The notes under the pieces were generated by a model. The model was not told where the DNA came from, did not search any database, and saw only the letters and a list, made by a program, of their open reading frames with translations. From the IMG/VR virus record IMGVR_UViG_3300014720_000027, positions 16,466 through 80,465 of that record: 64,000 bases of DNA. The stretch is one strand, 5' to 3'. This document shows, piece after piece, positions 30,553-39,761 of this stretch. Both the position numbers and the translations under genes were made by a program. Positions within the stretch are counted from its first letter, which is position 1; every line of letters starts with the position of its first letter. The stretch comes from a virus. Lineage: Duplodnaviria > Heunggongvirae > Uroviricota > Caudoviricetes.

Positions 30553-31245
30553 TCATTTAATATATAACTCCTGCCCAGCAAAGGCTTTTTCAAATTTAGT
30601 TTTTTCTGCTACGGCCCGATGATATTTTAAAAATTTGATTAGAATATTAGCCGTATTTTTAACATCCTGTAAGGCATCGTGTGCTCCTTCAATATTAGCT
30701 GTTGGTAGGCCAAAATATTCACACATAGAAGTTAAACTTCGGCTTTTTATATCTGGATTATTTTCTGTCCATGCAAAAACTAGATCCATTAGGTCGATTT
30801 TAAAAATTGGATTAAATAAGTTTTGTCTATTATTTTTATCTACGTTGCCAAATTTATCGCAAAGTCTACTGATAATTGGCATATCAAATCCGTTGATATT
30901 ATAGCCGCATGGAATAGGTGCCGTGAAGCTACTTTTCTTATAGTTAAACCTATTAACAAACTGGACAAACTTTTGCCACACAATGTCTAAAGAGGGGGCT
31001 GTAGATAATCCTTCTCTGGTTTTATGCGTTATTTCCAGAGCTTTATCTTCAAGCGGGTCTAGTCCAGCGGCAATAGCTTTTTCGTCGTCTAATATTGGTA
31101 AAATTTCGCTATTGAATATCCCATTGGGCTCTATTGTAAGCTTTTTGCTATGAAGTGCAATAGCCGCTATTTGAGTTGGCTGACATTTGTGAGGATTAGC
31201 AGATCCGCACTCGAAATCAAAAATTATATAAGTATTATTGTTCAT
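30553..31245 (-). CDS. DEDDh 3'-5' exonuclease (DnaQ/epsilon-like proofreading or RNase T-like)
   Basis: Exo I YIIFDFECGS and Exo III HDALQDVKNTANIL motifs. Confidence 0.6.
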   Translation of the reverse strand: MNNNTYIIFDFECGSANPHKCQPTQIAAIALHSKKLTIEPNGIFNSEILPILDDEKAIAAGLDPLEDKALEITHKTREGLSTAPSLDIVWQKFVQFVNRFNYKKSSFTAPIPCGYNINGFDMPIISRLCDKFGNVDKNNRQNLFNPIFKIDLMDLVFAWTENNPDIKSRSLTSMCEYFGLPTANIEGAHDALQDVKNTANILIKFLKYHRAVAEKTKFEKAFAGQELYIK

Positions 31246-31486
31246 TTATCACCCGCAATTTTAACTCAATGAATTTATTCACAGCTTCTTCTATGTTATA
31301 ATATATTTCAGAAAATTTTACCTTAGAATTGTCTGAATGTACTTGATATTTACTTGTTTTGTTTTTAAGATATGGAACATGATCTGTTAAATCGCAAAGT
31401 GTAATATTTTTATACGTAACAATACAACCAGCATAAATAACAGACATATAATCTTTTTTAATTCTGTCTTCTTGATTTTTTATCAT
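31235..31486 (-). CDS. Hypothetical protein (83 aa)
   Basis: ORF only. Confidence 0.3.
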   Translation of the reverse strand: MIKNQEDRIKKDYMSVIYAGCIVTYKNITLCDLTDHVPYLKNKTSKYQVHSDNSKVKFSEIYYNIEEAVNKFIELKLRVINEQ

Positions 31487-31487
31487 T

Positions 31488-31976
31488 TTATTCTCCGAAT
31501 TTATATAAATCAGAAATTGCTACATTATAGCAATCGCTTTTAACTTTAAACCAATTACTACCATCCCTTTGGCCTTTTGTTAGCTTTTTGGCTTTGTCAA
31601 AGTATTCTTCTTTGGGTATATATCCGAGCACCCATGCGCGGCCCCATTTACCATTGATATTTTCTATTCTTATAAAGATGTAACGATCACACTTTTGCTT
31701 AGTGTTAAAATTAGCAACAGAACATTCATACTCTGGCTTGGGTGCCGATGTACATCTTTTTGTTTTTACTTCATACGTAATACCAGAATCATCTATAATA
31801 TCATAGTCGTATGTATTGCTAATAGAGCCTTGTATAACAGTATTAGCAACTTCTTCTCCAAGAAAGGCGGCAATATTTCCGCCTCCTTTAGTAATAGAAT
31901 TTTTTAACTTACCCATTTCCCGGGCTTTCCTCCAAGCTCGGCGTTTCATCTGCTCTGTAATTTCCACCTCTATCAT
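31488..31976 (-). CDS. Putative PD-(D/E)XK-family nuclease
   Basis: YDYDIIDDSGITYEVKTK fits a D...(D/E)xK catalytic arrangement. Adjacent to other nucleases. Confidence 0.4.
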   Translation of the reverse strand: MIEVEITEQMKRRAWRKAREMGKLKNSITKGGGNIAAFLGEEVANTVIQGSISNTYDYDIIDDSGITYEVKTKRCTSAPKPEYECSVANFNTKQKCDRYIFIRIENINGKWGRAWVLGYIPKEEYFDKAKKLTKGQRDGSNWFKVKSDCYNVAISDLYKFGE

Positions 31977-32974
31977 TCTGATGCTCCCGGTGCTTTATAA
32001 TGATTAACATTAAATTTAGGATTTTTGCAAGACTCCATAGCGTTTGCAATGCCATAAACCTTGATTTGGTCTTCTACATAATGACACATTGTTTGATCGG
32101 AGCCCGGCCATTTAGTTTTATAAAAGTGGCATAATCTCTGGCATCTGAAATCTTTACGGCTTTTATCAAGTGGCTTAGGATTAATATCGTTCAATATTTG
32201 TATGTATCTTTTCTTTAGCTTAAATAAAAATCTATCATAATCCGAGGTGTCAAAACACATGCTAAAAGGACCGCCATCACGAATAAAAAAGATAGTCATA
32301 ATAACATGCTCATATTGTGAAAAGAGTTTAGAGATAGCATAATAATACAATAGTAACTGAGCATCATCTTGAAGTTTTTCATATGTTTTTTCTTCGCCGG
32401 TAGCCCAATTTTTTCTTTGCCCAGTTTTCCAATCTACGACTTCTAAAGTATTGTCTCCAATCTGTGTGATTAAATCAATAGTTCCTTTAATAGCTAGTCT
32501 ACCACCATCTTTCATTATAGCCCAGTCTTCCATAATTGGAATATTGAATTCTTGTTCTGGCGCTACGATTGTTCTATTTCTTGGATCAAATTGGCCACTG
32601 TTGTAGTCTAGAGCCATCCATGTCCACTCTTCACAGCTATCATACTCTTTAGATGTGTAATTATTTGTCTTGTCAGATTGTGAGTAATGTTCAAAACTTT
32701 TATCTAGTATTGATGTTACAAATTTTTTACTAGCTAAAGTTTTTTTGGTAAATGAAATTTCTCCTATATGTTCATCTACAAAAGAAAAGGGCTCATTATT
32801 TTGAATCTTTTGTTTACAACAAGCCAATACTTCCATTACTTTATGAACGATTGTGCCTAAATTCGCTTTTAAATTTGGAGGTTCACTCCATCCTAAATTA
32901 TAGTTAAAAAAATACTTTAATGCGCAATATTCATACGCTCCATAGCTTGATGATCTAATATATGGGCATAACAT
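31973..32974 (-). CDS. RecB-family/Cas4-like exonuclease with C-terminal 4-Cys (Fe-S) cluster
   Basis: PD-(D/E)XK-like core and C-terminal CQRLCHF...CHY cysteine cluster, as in Cas4 / AddB nuclease domains. Confidence 0.5.
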   Translation of the reverse strand: MLCPYIRSSSYGAYEYCALKYFFNYNLGWSEPPNLKANLGTIVHKVMEVLACCKQKIQNNEPFSFVDEHIGEISFTKKTLASKKFVTSILDKSFEHYSQSDKTNNYTSKEYDSCEEWTWMALDYNSGQFDPRNRTIVAPEQEFNIPIMEDWAIMKDGGRLAIKGTIDLITQIGDNTLEVVDWKTGQRKNWATGEEKTYEKLQDDAQLLLYYYAISKLFSQYEHVIMTIFFIRDGGPFSMCFDTSDYDRFLFKLKKRYIQILNDINPKPLDKSRKDFRCQRLCHFYKTKWPGSDQTMCHYVEDQIKVYGIANAMESCKNPKFNVNHYKAPGASE

Positions 32975-33843
32975 TATTTAATCTTTTTAATACCTGTTTC
33001 TCTTGGTTTAGGTTGTTCAATCCAGCCCCACGATTCAATACCTGCCAAAAGAGCTTTACATGTTTCTAACAATGTCATTTTAGAATTTTCAATTTTTAAA
33101 TCAAAGTCGTCAAAATCTCCAAAGCCGTTTTCGCTTGCGTGACTATCGGAGTTGGATATAGAGCGATCCAAATAAACTAGCTTTGCCCCGATTTGCTTGA
33201 GTGCAACAGCCTCATTCTTAAATCTACAGTCTGAAATTACGGCAATTTGCGGACCTTCTGTTTCAATATCTTTAATTGTTCTATTGATCCAGATATTATC
33301 ATACATCTTACGCATAACTTCGGTGCCGAAGAATTGCATAAACTCCCGGGCTGTCATTGGTCCTGTCTTATGAGTAATTAATCCAATATTATTTGGGTCA
33401 ATATCGCCATGAGTTGCATTTCCGCATTCTACGTAGTTAGGGTAACAAATAACTCCGGGCATATTTTCCCACAACAAATGTTTTTGAGCTTGATTTTTTT
33501 GCTCATTAGTTCCGTGTAAGCATTCTCGCGGAATATCAAACAATTTTTCTGCGATTTCTTTTAACGAAGATGCGAAAGCGTAATGCTTAATAAAAGGCCA
33601 GACATTGAACGCCGCCCATTCTCCAAACTCAAGATCGGTTCTAGTAATATCAATAAGCATGTCGGCATCTACTTCTTGCATATTTTCGTCTAGTGTTTTT
33701 GTATTAATAATAAGATCGCCCTTTTCAGTAAGGCTAAAATTATTAATAATATCTAACGACTTTAATTGATACCCATGTAAAAAGTTGCAAAGAGTATTTT
33801 TACCGCTACCCTTCTTTCCACATAGGGCAATTACATTTTGCAT
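32974..33843 (-). CDS. Deoxynucleoside monophosphate kinase-like protein (T4 gp1-like P-loop)
   Basis: MQNVIALCGKKGSGKNTLCNFL parallels the T4 Dnk N-terminus MKLIFLSGVKRSGKDTTADFI. Confidence 0.5.
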   Translation of the reverse strand: MQNVIALCGKKGSGKNTLCNFLHGYQLKSLDIINNFSLTEKGDLIINTKTLDENMQEVDADMLIDITRTDLEFGEWAAFNVWPFIKHYAFASSLKEIAEKLFDIPRECLHGTNEQKNQAQKHLLWENMPGVICYPNYVECGNATHGDIDPNNIGLITHKTGPMTAREFMQFFGTEVMRKMYDNIWINRTIKDIETEGPQIAVISDCRFKNEAVALKQIGAKLVYLDRSISNSDSHASENGFGDFDDFDLKIENSKMTLLETCKALLAGIESWGWIEQPKPRETGIKKIK

Positions 33844-34870
33844 ATATTTCTCCTAAAAATTTTTGTACTTGTTCAACAGATAATTCGGCAATATCTTTAG
33901 ATGGTAGTTCAGGTCTAATATAGTTAAATCTTCTGCCGCATTTTTTGATAATTTTTTCAGCAGCTTTATTTCCCGCATTGTCTGAGTCTGTCAATAAAAC
34001 AAGGGCCATAGCCCCACTTTTTTCTAATAATAATAATTGATCGTCGCTTAAATCTGCTCCGAATTCGCCTACAGAATTTGGGAATCCGGCCTCATGTAGT
34101 CTCCATATACAACTTTGCCCCTCAACTATATTAACAACTCTAGTAGCTAAAATTGAGGATTTAGCAAAATTAAGCCCATATAAAAAATGAGACTTTTGAA
34201 AATTCTTGCTATTTTTCCACTTGGCATATCCATCGTTTATTGTTCTGCCAATACATCCAACATAAATATCGTTTTCGTCATACACAGGAACTACGGCCCG
34301 GTAATACATTTCTTTGTCTTTAGTAAAGCAGTCTCCCACATCAAATTTATTCAAAATTTCTTTGGAAAAATTTCTATCTTGTCTTGTTTTATCTTGATAA
34401 AATTTAGATGGTATTTGTAGACTTGTCCTGATTTGCTCTCTTGTTATTGTAGAAGATTGTCGCTCTAACTCTTTATTAAAAACTTCTATAAGTTTTATTT
34501 CTTTATATATCTCAAATTTCTTTTTATCGTCTTTAATATCCAAATCTTTAACATTTAAAAAATTTAGACAATATTCAAGACATTCATCCATAGAAATCTT
34601 GCGATTTCTTTTTTGAGTTAATGCTCCTCTTACAAAACCGAATATTGTTTTTTTATATTCTTCATGGCATTGATGGGTCCAGCATGACCAATATCCGTTA
34701 TCTTTTCTTATGCTGCATCCTAAATTGTTATCACCCTCATGCACTGGACAACAAAAAGAATAAGAACTGCCAGATTCCCGGAAATCTATTTCTAAAGATT
34801 CTAAAAGCTCTGGAAGTTTGTCTATAAGAAGCTTACAGACTTGATATATCTCCAGTTGATTCATGTTCAA
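33806..34870 (-). CDS. DnaG-type DNA primase (zinc-binding domain + TOPRIM)
   Basis: CHC2 zinc finger (FCCPVHEGDNNLGC...CWTHQCHEEY) and TOPRIM (VNIVEGQSCIWRL...LLTDSDNAGNKAA). Confidence 0.7.
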   Translation of the reverse strand: MNMNQLEIYQVCKLLIDKLPELLESLEIDFRESGSSYSFCCPVHEGDNNLGCSIRKDNGYWSCWTHQCHEEYKKTIFGFVRGALTQKRNRKISMDECLEYCLNFLNVKDLDIKDDKKKFEIYKEIKLIEVFNKELERQSSTITREQIRTSLQIPSKFYQDKTRQDRNFSKEILNKFDVGDCFTKDKEMYYRAVVPVYDENDIYVGCIGRTINDGYAKWKNSKNFQKSHFLYGLNFAKSSILATRVVNIVEGQSCIWRLHEAGFPNSVGEFGADLSDDQLLLLEKSGAMALVLLTDSDNAGNKAAEKIIKKCGRRFNYIRPELPSKDIAELSVEQVQKFLGEIYAKCNCPMWKEG

Positions 34871-36317
34871 AGCCTTCGTCGTCTTCTATGTTTTTACTAT
34901 TTAATTCATTTCTCGTTGGGCCCTCAGTTAATCTAGCGTATGCCCCATCCATTCTCACATTGATATAGTCACCATCCTCCAGACCTCCGCCGTGACGAGA
35001 TACAACAGGTACGAGTTTTCTATTATAAGATTTCTTACAGCCGTTTTCAATGTCTTCTGCTTGTTCTTCTGCTGATTTAGTTTTAAAGATAGTAAAACTG
35101 GTACACAGCCACACCAATCTATCCGATCCCGATGCAACATCAGATGATTCTTTAGTTACCCCATCACGATTAAGCTGAACAAAACTTAAACAAGGAACGT
35201 CGAATTTGACACAAAAATTATGTAATTGAGTAATAAGGAATCCAAGGGCCTGATATTCTTGCATATCTTCAATACTATTAGAACTCATTAATTTTAAGTA
35301 GTCGTATATAATAATACAGTCTTTTGTTTTACCATTTTCATCAAAGCCTACATATTGATAAATCCATTTTCTCATGGATGAAAGAATAGATTCAAAACTT
35401 TCCCCGGCGATACTTAGGTAATGATAAGGAATTTCTTTTATTTTATTTCCCGCATCTATCACTTTTTTGGTTTGAATGTGACTTTCGGCAAATTTGCCGG
35501 TGGTCAAAATATCTAATGGAACATCTGCTAGATTAGCTAAGATTCGATTGTAATGATCGTTCTTGCCCATTTCGGTATCTAGCATTAGGACTGGTATTCC
35601 AAGCTTGCCAGCCGCATGTAAGGCGACAGCATCAGCGAATAAACTTTTTCCTGTCTTTGGTCTAGCTCCAACTAAAGCAACGCCACCCCTTCTACAACCC
35701 CCGCCGATACAGCGGTCAAATTCAGCAAAGCCAGTGCTAATACCTAGCATGTCAGTAGGGTTGTCAATTAGGTGTTGAATATACTCTTCAATATCTTCTC
35801 CGAGCACCACGGGCTTGTTTTGATCGGTTCTATATGTTTTGAAAATAATATCTAAAATCGGACCTTCGACCTTAGACAGTAAATCATTAATAGATTCTTC
35901 GCCGGTAATTTCCGATAAGTCTTTATCGCATAGGCCAATTGTTTTTCTTAAATCTCTAGCCAGTTTTAACTTGGCTAATTTAGCCGCAAATCCGGCTATA
36001 TTTTCTCTACTAACCGGAAAATTAAATAAAGATCGGATAAAAGAAATTTCTTCAGAGTTAGATAAAAGATGATACAATCCGAGTTCATTAGCCTTGGATA
36101 AAATAGAAGATAATTCTATCTTAGACCCAGCCATTGCCACTTCTTTTAAACAAGAAAATAGCCCCTGATTTAATGTGTCTGTAAAATATTCTGATTCTAC
36201 AAAATCTATTTCTAGTAAACAGTCTAATCCATATTGAGCAATGCCGCATAATACGGCGCGCTCTGCTGCGAAGTCTACAATCTCTTTTTGTTGCGAATTT
36301 TTTGGAAATCTTCCCAT
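34833..36317 (-). CDS. DnaB-family replicative helicase
   Basis: DnaB N-terminal domain, Walker A GARPKTGKSLFA, and RecA-like C-terminal domain. Adjacent to the primase. Confidence 0.8.
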   Translation of the reverse strand: MGRFPKNSQQKEIVDFAAERAVLCGIAQYGLDCLLEIDFVESEYFTDTLNQGLFSCLKEVAMAGSKIELSSILSKANELGLYHLLSNSEEISFIRSLFNFPVSRENIAGFAAKLAKLKLARDLRKTIGLCDKDLSEITGEESINDLLSKVEGPILDIIFKTYRTDQNKPVVLGEDIEEYIQHLIDNPTDMLGISTGFAEFDRCIGGGCRRGGVALVGARPKTGKSLFADAVALHAAGKLGIPVLMLDTEMGKNDHYNRILANLADVPLDILTTGKFAESHIQTKKVIDAGNKIKEIPYHYLSIAGESFESILSSMRKWIYQYVGFDENGKTKDCIIIYDYLKLMSSNSIEDMQEYQALGFLITQLHNFCVKFDVPCLSFVQLNRDGVTKESSDVASGSDRLVWLCTSFTIFKTKSAEEQAEDIENGCKKSYNRKLVPVVSRHGGGLEDGDYINVRMDGAYARLTEGPTRNELNSKNIEDDEGFEHESTGDISSL

Positions 36318-36487
36318 TTATATGTTAATCCTGTTAACAGTATTCTTACTCTTTTTGGCGGCTGATTTTCGTACAAGGTTTCTCCATCCCAAAACGTCCA
36401 AACAGGATGTTTGGGAAGGTCTTGTACAAATGTTACAACCGGATCAGATTCTAGCCACGATGCCATGTATTTAAAATTATTATCCAT
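36275..36487 (-). CDS. Small hypothetical protein (70 aa)
   Basis: ORF overlapping the dnaB start by about 43 nt. Trp-rich. Confidence 0.3.
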   Translation of the reverse strand: MDNNFKYMASWLESDPVVTFVQDLPKHPVWTFWDGETLYENQPPKRVRILLTGLTYKWEDFQKIRNKKRL

Positions 36488-37031
36488 TTGGTGGTGTCAT
36501 TTTAAAATCGTTTTGATCTTGAATTAATCGAAAGACACGTACTTGCGAATACGAAATAACAAATGCCTTCACCACTTTAATACCATACGGTCTTAAAAAA
36601 GCTCTAACCTTTTTTGTTAATAATTTATCAACTGTGGTTTGTCTTTTTTGTAGATTGTCAAAGGTTTCTCCTATAACAACTCTCTTAACAGCTCCTTGCG
36701 CTGTGTCTCTAATAGTATCTTCTAAATTAAAAGTCTCAACTAAAGCTTTTAAAATATCATCAACTTCATAAATAACAGCAACGTCAATAACTACCGATTT
36801 GTTATCTTCTGTAGTTAAGACTTGTGCTGGAAGATTGATAGTTTGTCTTTTTACTGGATAAACATCCCAATGGGTTTGAAAAGGCATATAAATATGTAAA
36901 CCGGGCCCTATTTCTTTCGCTTTAGCTCTAGTAAACATTACGCCGCGATGTGTTGATCTAACGTGTAGTATTCTTGGTATAAAACTTCCTATCCATTCAA
37001 ATATATGTCCAATCCAATCTAAAGCAGCCAT
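36480..37031 (-). CDS. SPFH (stomatin/prohibitin/HflK-C, band-7) domain protein
   Basis: PGLHIYMPFQTHWDVYPVKRQTINLPAQVLTTEDNKSVVIDVAVIYEV parallels the SPFH core (PGLHF.iPF.d.v..v.lr.q.ld.p.Q.v.TkDNv.v.vDavv.yrV). Confidence 0.5.
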   Translation of the reverse strand: MAALDWIGHIFEWIGSFIPRILHVRSTHRGVMFTRAKAKEIGPGLHIYMPFQTHWDVYPVKRQTINLPAQVLTTEDNKSVVIDVAVIYEVDDILKALVETFNLEDTIRDTAQGAVKRVVIGETFDNLQKRQTTVDKLLTKKVRAFLRPYGIKVVKAFVISYSQVRVFRLIQDQNDFKMTPPNG

Positions 37032-37032
37032 T

Positions 37033-37404
37033 TTACCATAGTCTCACATTGTACATTCTTAATTTTCTATTATGTTTCAGATCATCCAATTCCACATCAT
37101 AATCAGTGATCGAGTGTGTCATTGTTTTAGATTCAAGAGAATAGTATCTTCTTCTATTGACAATTATAACTTTATAACCATCTTTAGTTTTGAAAAAATC
37201 AACAAAGTCCATTTTTCCAATAATAACATACCCCTGAGAACACGAATCTTTCCAAAATACAAACTGTTTAAATTTTATTTTACCGCTTTTATTCAACACA
37301 ATATTAAATTCTATGTTATCGTATTGTACCTTTTGCATGTCTAATAGAGAGCTATCGCATACAAAAAACAAAATGTTAAAAATTAGTAATTTAATGAATA
37401 TCAT
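37033..37404 (-). CDS. Small secreted or membrane-anchored hypothetical protein
   Basis: N-terminal hydrophobic signal-like segment MIFIKLLIFNILFFVC. Confidence 0.35.
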   Translation of the reverse strand: MIFIKLLIFNILFFVCDSSLLDMQKVQYDNIEFNIVLNKSGKIKFKQFVFWKDSCSQGYVIIGKMDFVDFFKTKDGYKVIIVNRRRYYSLESKTMTHSITDYDVELDDLKHNRKLRMYNVRLW

Positions 37405-38036
37405 TTATTTTCCGATTCGTTTTCTATAGTAATTGTAATATCATACATATAATTATCAGAATCTTCGGTTCGCCACTTAGATGCGTGCTCACTGGAGTAT
37501 AACTTATTCGCTATTTTTCTAGGATACAATTTGTCTTTTGTGACAAAATTTGGATCAAAAAGTTTTACTCTGTTATTAGGCTGAATTGCAAAATTACCAT
37601 TATCCAGAGCTAAAACGTGGCCACATTTATGTTGACCGGGCATTTCAGAAAAGCCGTTAAAGGCTTTATCTCCAAACCAATCTATTGTAAACAAATATTG
37701 GCCATATTCATTTTTTTTATTTCTGTCTACATAAGACATTTTTTTATTTTTTAATAAATCAAAACATAGGATAGATGGATTATAACTAAAGCTGTCCCAT
37801 AAAACCAAATCTGTTAATTGTTTTTTCGGGGCATCTTTTTTATGACAAAAAGCATGAATTGGCATTCTCCAAAAAATAGCTCCATCGTCGCAAATAAAAT
37901 GAAACAACGGAGTTTGGCCCGGTATAGATGCCATGCCAAATATTTGACACTCTACAATACCTGCAATATTTTCATCTTCCTGATTCATAAAAGACAAACG
38001 AACATAGCACTCTATTATAGGTATATCGATATTCAT
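37401..38036 (-). CDS. Hypothetical protein (211 aa)
   Basis: ORF with typical coding composition. No motif recognised. Confidence 0.4.
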   Translation of the reverse strand: MNIDIPIIECYVRLSFMNQEDENIAGIVECQIFGMASIPGQTPLFHFICDDGAIFWRMPIHAFCHKKDAPKKQLTDLVLWDSFSYNPSILCFDLLKNKKMSYVDRNKKNEYGQYLFTIDWFGDKAFNGFSEMPGQHKCGHVLALDNGNFAIQPNNRVKLFDPNFVTKDKLYPRKIANKLYSSEHASKWRTEDSDNYMYDITITIENESENK

Positions 38037-38515
38037 TCATCCTCCTTTATGAAAGTCCAATCATCTGATAGAGTTACACACCATCTAGAACTTTCTTTAA
38101 TATTGATTATAGAGCCATCTTTATCTATGCCTACGCTAAAGCATCTATTTCCATCTAAATATTTTTGCAGAATATCAGGATTTTTTTTGAATATTTTTTT
38201 TATTCTAGAAACACACTCTTTTGTTTTTATTAAAGATGCTTTTTCTATTTTTTTTAATATAGCGAGACATTGTTTAGAATCTTTTTCGTCGCAAGCTTCC
38301 ATAAAATCATATCCTAGCTGCTCCAATTCTTTAAAAGAAGGTACTCCAGAATCCGTCCTTGGTATTATAGAAGATTGATGCCCTACGGCACATGTGCAAA
38401 AATCTTCAGATTTTTTCAATAGCTTCTCCCAATTCGCTTTTTGTGATTTCAATTCTTCTTTCCAGTTGATTGACTCTGCTTTGTTCACAAATATTGTTGC
38501 TAGTTGGCTCAACAT
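38033..38515 (-). CDS. Hypothetical protein (160 aa); start uncertain
   Basis: Overlaps the 69-aa ORF at 38406-38615 by 110 nt in another frame. Either its start is internal or the two ORFs are a frameshifted single gene. Confidence 0.35.
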   Translation of the reverse strand: MLSQLATIFVNKAESINWKEELKSQKANWEKLLKKSEDFCTCAVGHQSSIIPRTDSGVPSFKELEQLGYDFMEACDEKDSKQCLAILKKIEKASLIKTKECVSRIKKIFKKNPDILQKYLDGNRCFSVGIDKDGSIINIKESSRWCVTLSDDWTFIKEDE

Positions 38516-38615
38516 TTCTATTTCCTCTTTTTGTAGGTTTAGTGTATGGGCAATTCTTGCATTTTAAGCCACAGCATTCGCCCCTAGATAATAAAAAATC
38601 TCTACTAAGAGTCAT
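38406..38615 (-). CDS. Small Cys-motif protein (69 aa) or N-terminal part of a frameshifted gene
   Basis: GECCGLKCKNCPY motif followed by a coiled-coil-like tail. Confidence 0.3.
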   Translation of the reverse strand: MTLSRDFLLSRGECCGLKCKNCPYTKPTKRGNRNVEPTSNNICEQSRVNQLERRIEITKSELGEAIEKI

Positions 38616-38787
38616 GCTGATGCAAGCTTTTAATCAGTTTATCTTTTTCTTTATATAATTTACTTTTAGCCTTTTCAATTTTTTTGATTTCGCTAGTTGA
38701 AATAACAGAATCCAGCCTGTCGTTTAAATCATAAATTCTAGACTGGATTTCTTTAATTCTTTTTTCTGTTTTATAGGTGTCTTTCAT
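38605..38787 (-). CDS. Small hypothetical coiled-coil protein
   Basis: Short Lys/Glu-rich ORF. Confidence 0.3.
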   Translation of the reverse strand: MKDTYKTEKRIKEIQSRIYDLNDRLDSVISTSEIKKIEKAKSKLYKEKDKLIKSLHQHDS

Positions 38788-39071
38788 GACAATGGAACAA
38801 ACCCGACCTCACCTAATTCTGTTAATAGTCCAATACCAATGTTTCCATCCATATATTGCTTGAACAATAAAGATGAAACTTTCATATCTGTAAAATTCTG
38901 AAGCACCTTGTGGATTGTTTCTGGGTCAGAGATGCCCGCATTTTCTACACAGTCTAAAATAACTGCATCAATTTCTAAATCTGATAAGGCTACATACTCC
39001 TTTTGTATCTCATTCCAATGCAAACTATCGGCTGGGATTAATTTAAAAATATCACTTTTGTTCATTTTCAT
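38784..39071 (-). CDS. Small hypothetical protein (95 aa)
   Basis: ORF, overlap-coupled to its neighbours. Confidence 0.3.
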   Translation of the reverse strand: MKMNKSDIFKLIPADSLHWNEIQKEYVALSDLEIDAVILDCVENAGISDPETIHKVLQNFTDMKVSSLLFKQYMDGNIGIGLLTELGEVGFVPLS

Positions 39072-39315
39072 CTTCTTTTAAAAAAACTTCTTTTCTGCCG
39101 CTATATCTGTTCGGATCTGCTAAATTGGAATCTAGTCTTTCTTTTAATGTAAGATAATAACCATCATCATCTTTACATATTACTTGATTATCCTCCAATT
39201 TGATATCAAAAAGCTCACTATTCGCAACCATTTTTAAATGCGAGCCATAAAAACTTGGAGTAGTAATGGTTCTGCCAGAATCGTGAGATTTTTTGCTTAC
39301 AGTTTTTTTGTTCAT
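39052..39315 (-). CDS. Small hypothetical protein (87 aa)
   Basis: ORF, overlap-coupled to its neighbours. Confidence 0.3.
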   Translation of the reverse strand: MNKKTVSKKSHDSGRTITTPSFYGSHLKMVANSELFDIKLEDNQVICKDDDGYYLTLKERLDSNLADPNRYSGRKEVFLKEDENEQK

Positions 39316-39761
39316 AATCCAGTGCTCCCAAATCCGTCTTGACCTCTATCCGTATCCTCTAAAGATTCTACCACTTCAAATTCATAAGTAAAGTAATCTT
39401 GAAAAAGAATTTGGGCGATTTTTGAGCCGCTTTCAAGATATACATCCTGATCACCAGAATTAAAAAGAATTACTTTAATCTCGCCTCTGTACGACTCGTC
39501 GATCACCCCAGCCAATACGTCTAAGCCGAAATCATTGGCATAGCCCGATCTTGGCCAAATCAAACCAACCATGCCAGAAGGTATTTCTAAAGCAATACCA
39601 GTGTTTACTACAGCACGATCAAATGCTGGAATCATCGCGCCTTCACATGCAAAAAGATCATGACCAGCATCGCCATTTTTTGGTGTTCGTGGCGGTTTAG
39701 CATTCTCACATAATAATTTTACTTTCATAATTATCCCCTTCTTTTTCTTCCTAAAATACAA
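39312..39761 (-). CDS. dut: dUTP diphosphatase (trimeric dUTPase)
   Basis: Conserved dUTPase motifs: AGHDLFA (motif I/II), PRSGYANDFGL (motif III), GVIDESYRGEI (motif IV), FGSTG (motif V). Confidence 0.8.
   Translation of the reverse strand: MYFRKKKKGIIMKVKLLCENAKPPRTPKNGDAGHDLFACEGAMIPAFDRAVVNTGIALEIPSGMVGLIWPRSGYANDFGLDVLAGVIDESYRGEIKVILFNSGDQDVYLESGSKIAQILFQDYFTYEFEVVESLEDTDRGQDGFGSTGL

Noticed and set aside
36318-36330. ATATAAATG immediately abutting start codons (also at 56322)
   Set aside because: It is TATAAAT-like but directly fused to the ATG. That leaves no room for a transcription start plus RBS. It is most likely AT-rich context, not a late promoter.
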